From Podarcis pityusensis (lineage: Eukaryota), in NCBI GenBank assembly GCA_964106645.2, contig OZ067046.1: a stretch of DNA of 64,000 nucleotides, one strand, 5' to 3'. Positions 62,021 to 64,000 of this stretch are shown piece after piece. The notes below the pieces were generated by a model, which saw nothing but the letters and a program-made list of their open reading frames with translations, made no database searches and was not told the origin of the DNA. Numbering within the stretch: the first letter of the stretch is position 1; every line of letters starts with the position of its first letter. The position numbers and the translations under genes were made by a program.

Positions 62021-64000
62021 AGAGCTCAGAAGCTTGAAATAGCTGTGCTCAAAATGTCTCTAATTTTTGTGTGTGAGCTGAGCAGATGCAAATTCATTTG
62101 ACTTCTGCTGTTGTACATTCCTCATCTACAAGCAAAGAATGTTTAACAATTTATACCAAGGTGATACATATTTCTACGATTAGAAAAGGAATAATGCGAT
62201 AGAGAGCATATCTGGCACTGTCAACACATACTCCTCAATAATTATGACTAAAAGCAACCAAGTAACACAGCCATTACTCAAATCGCTTACTCTGGAGTGC
62301 ACCCATCACTCCTCCAACCTCAAACCACTTGATCCCATTCTTTGTGAAAAGAATAAATAATTGAGGATTGTGGCCAAAAGGAATACTAACTTTGGCTGAA
62401 CTAAGTCTCATGGAACAAAGTAAGTAATGCAAAAGAAGTGACCACAAAGCTCAAGCACTTGTTTTACTCTCCAGCTGCAGCACATGGACCAATGTTGTTT
62501 ATAATACTCTTTCAAAATGAATTTGGCATATACACACACTGCAAAAATATGTCATTTTGAGCTCAAAAGCCATGACTCAAAAACCATAACCTCAATGCCA
62601 GGAAAGTCACTGAGTGGGATCCAATGGATCCAATATGAACTCACTCAAGCCACTTAAATAGTCTTTAAATCTAACATGCATCTCACACGATCAAGCTGAT
62701 GTTTCATGGAAATCTGGAAAAGCAGATCTTCCATTTATTGAGAACTTTGACATATTAACTAATCTGTAATAAAAACTGAATTTGAGGTTATCCTAAGGCA
62801 CATTCAATTTCATCCTAACTGTTGACCACAACAAACCAAGCACCAGAATTAATAATATAAAGCACTATTCACAAGGTGGAAGCAAACTTTGCTAAGATTT
62901 CCTACCTACCCCTAGAGCATACAGCATACAATTACTACTACTAAAAGCTTTCTGAAAGAACCACAGACTGATATTGCCCTTTGCAGAAGTCTCTCTCGCA
63001 CACTAGATCTGCACTTGAGCAGGGCTGCACTGACCAGTCCCATCAGCACCAATTAGCTCTGCCTCCTGGCATCCCCATGTACAGACGGAGAGTCTGAAGG
63101 GACGATCCTTCATGTCTGCAATCTACGCATGCAAAATTGGCCTCCCTGCCGTTGTTCATTGAGCAGAAGCCAGGGGCAGGGCTAGTGGGCGTGGCCTTAC
63201 ATGTTCATCCAACATGTGAGGCAAGCCTCTCTTAGATGCAATTCAGTTTAGAGTTCCTTGCCTCAAGGCGAGACAATTGGATAGATCCAGGGTTTTCACC
63301 TTAAGCATGGAAGCAATTCACGTGGGAGGCAAAAGGCTCTTCCATGCACTCCAGCCAAGCATTTGAATATTTGGTTTCTGGCCCAAATGAGAAATATTCA
63401 AAAGCTTGGTTGGAGGAATGAGCATCACCGCCGCCCATACGTTGGAATCTGATCCACTTTGCTTGTCCAAAGGTGGTAAAATCATCTGCCCTGAATTGAT
63501 CTTTCCTCTTTCGTATTCCAATCAGTGACACTTAAGTTGCTATGTCATTGATTATTTATTGAACAGCCTTGGTAGAAACTTTTACAGCATACATTTTTAT
63601 TTTTTATTTTGCTTTTTGCAGGGGTTTTTTTTAAAAAAATCCTTTTAAAAAACAGTTTTGATTATTTTTTTAAAAAACTGCTTTCCTAAAGTCCAGTGGC
63701 ATAGTTCTGATTCTACCCACTGCTGCTGATTTGCCTGGATCAAAAATTAACTGTCAGTCAAGGTGACTTTAGGAGACTCAAAAAAACTTGTTCCATGATT
63801 TGAAAGGCAAAATTTGCCATGTTTCCTAATCCAGAGTGCCCTTAATCTCTTTAGATCTGCCATTCAGTGACTGTTCAGTGAAATGTCTGATTCAGGCTGC
63901 AAACCTATGCACACTTTCTCTGGGGAAAGTGCAACTGAATTCAGCAGGACTTACTTAAGAGTAAACCTCCACAGGCTTCTGCTGTGAAAAAATATTTTTG

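Larger units (their letters stand above)
11690..64000 (-). other. TLL1: TLL1 intron 1 (partial; exon 1 lies beyond the window)
   Basis: No signal-peptide/...DYKDPCKA exon found upstream of exon 2. The sequence is repeat-rich and non-coding, and vertebrate TLL1 has a very long first intron. Confidence 0.8.

Overview
Vertebrate genomic DNA from a squamate, most likely a lacertid lizard, judged by Sauria/POM-type SINEs, Bov-B, squamate L2/CR1 and lacertid-type MITEs. The only gene is TLL1 (tolloid-like 1, astacin family) on the minus strand. Coding exons 2-5 lie at 11579-11689, 4893-4973, 3045-3197 and 35-152, all with canonical AG/GT ends, and they splice in frame into the prodomain, the furin site and the start of the protease domain. 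I found no exon 1, so 11690-64000 is interpreted as a large intron 1 full of transposons: at least 10 hAT MITEs (several with intact 8-bp TSDs), Tc1/mariner/Tigger-type MITEs with TA TSDs, a decayed Charlie/Buster transposase, and Bov-B, L2, CR1 and SINE fragments. Nearly all listed ORFs are spurious or transposon-derived. I see no evidence for a new multi-gene biological system. The most interesting signals are structural: (1) a 117-bp patch copied from a neighbouring locus into a Bov-B copy; (2) a three-level nested insertion whose innermost MITE carries CTCF- and NRF1-like motifs; (3) a composite MITE that captured an L2 tail and moved as a unit; (4) a palindrome-based GC-rich minisatellite; (5) three unexplained 60-70 nt hairpins; (6) apparent loss of basic motifs in the TLL1 prodomain. 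Repeat-family names come from my recall of consensus features, not from a database search.
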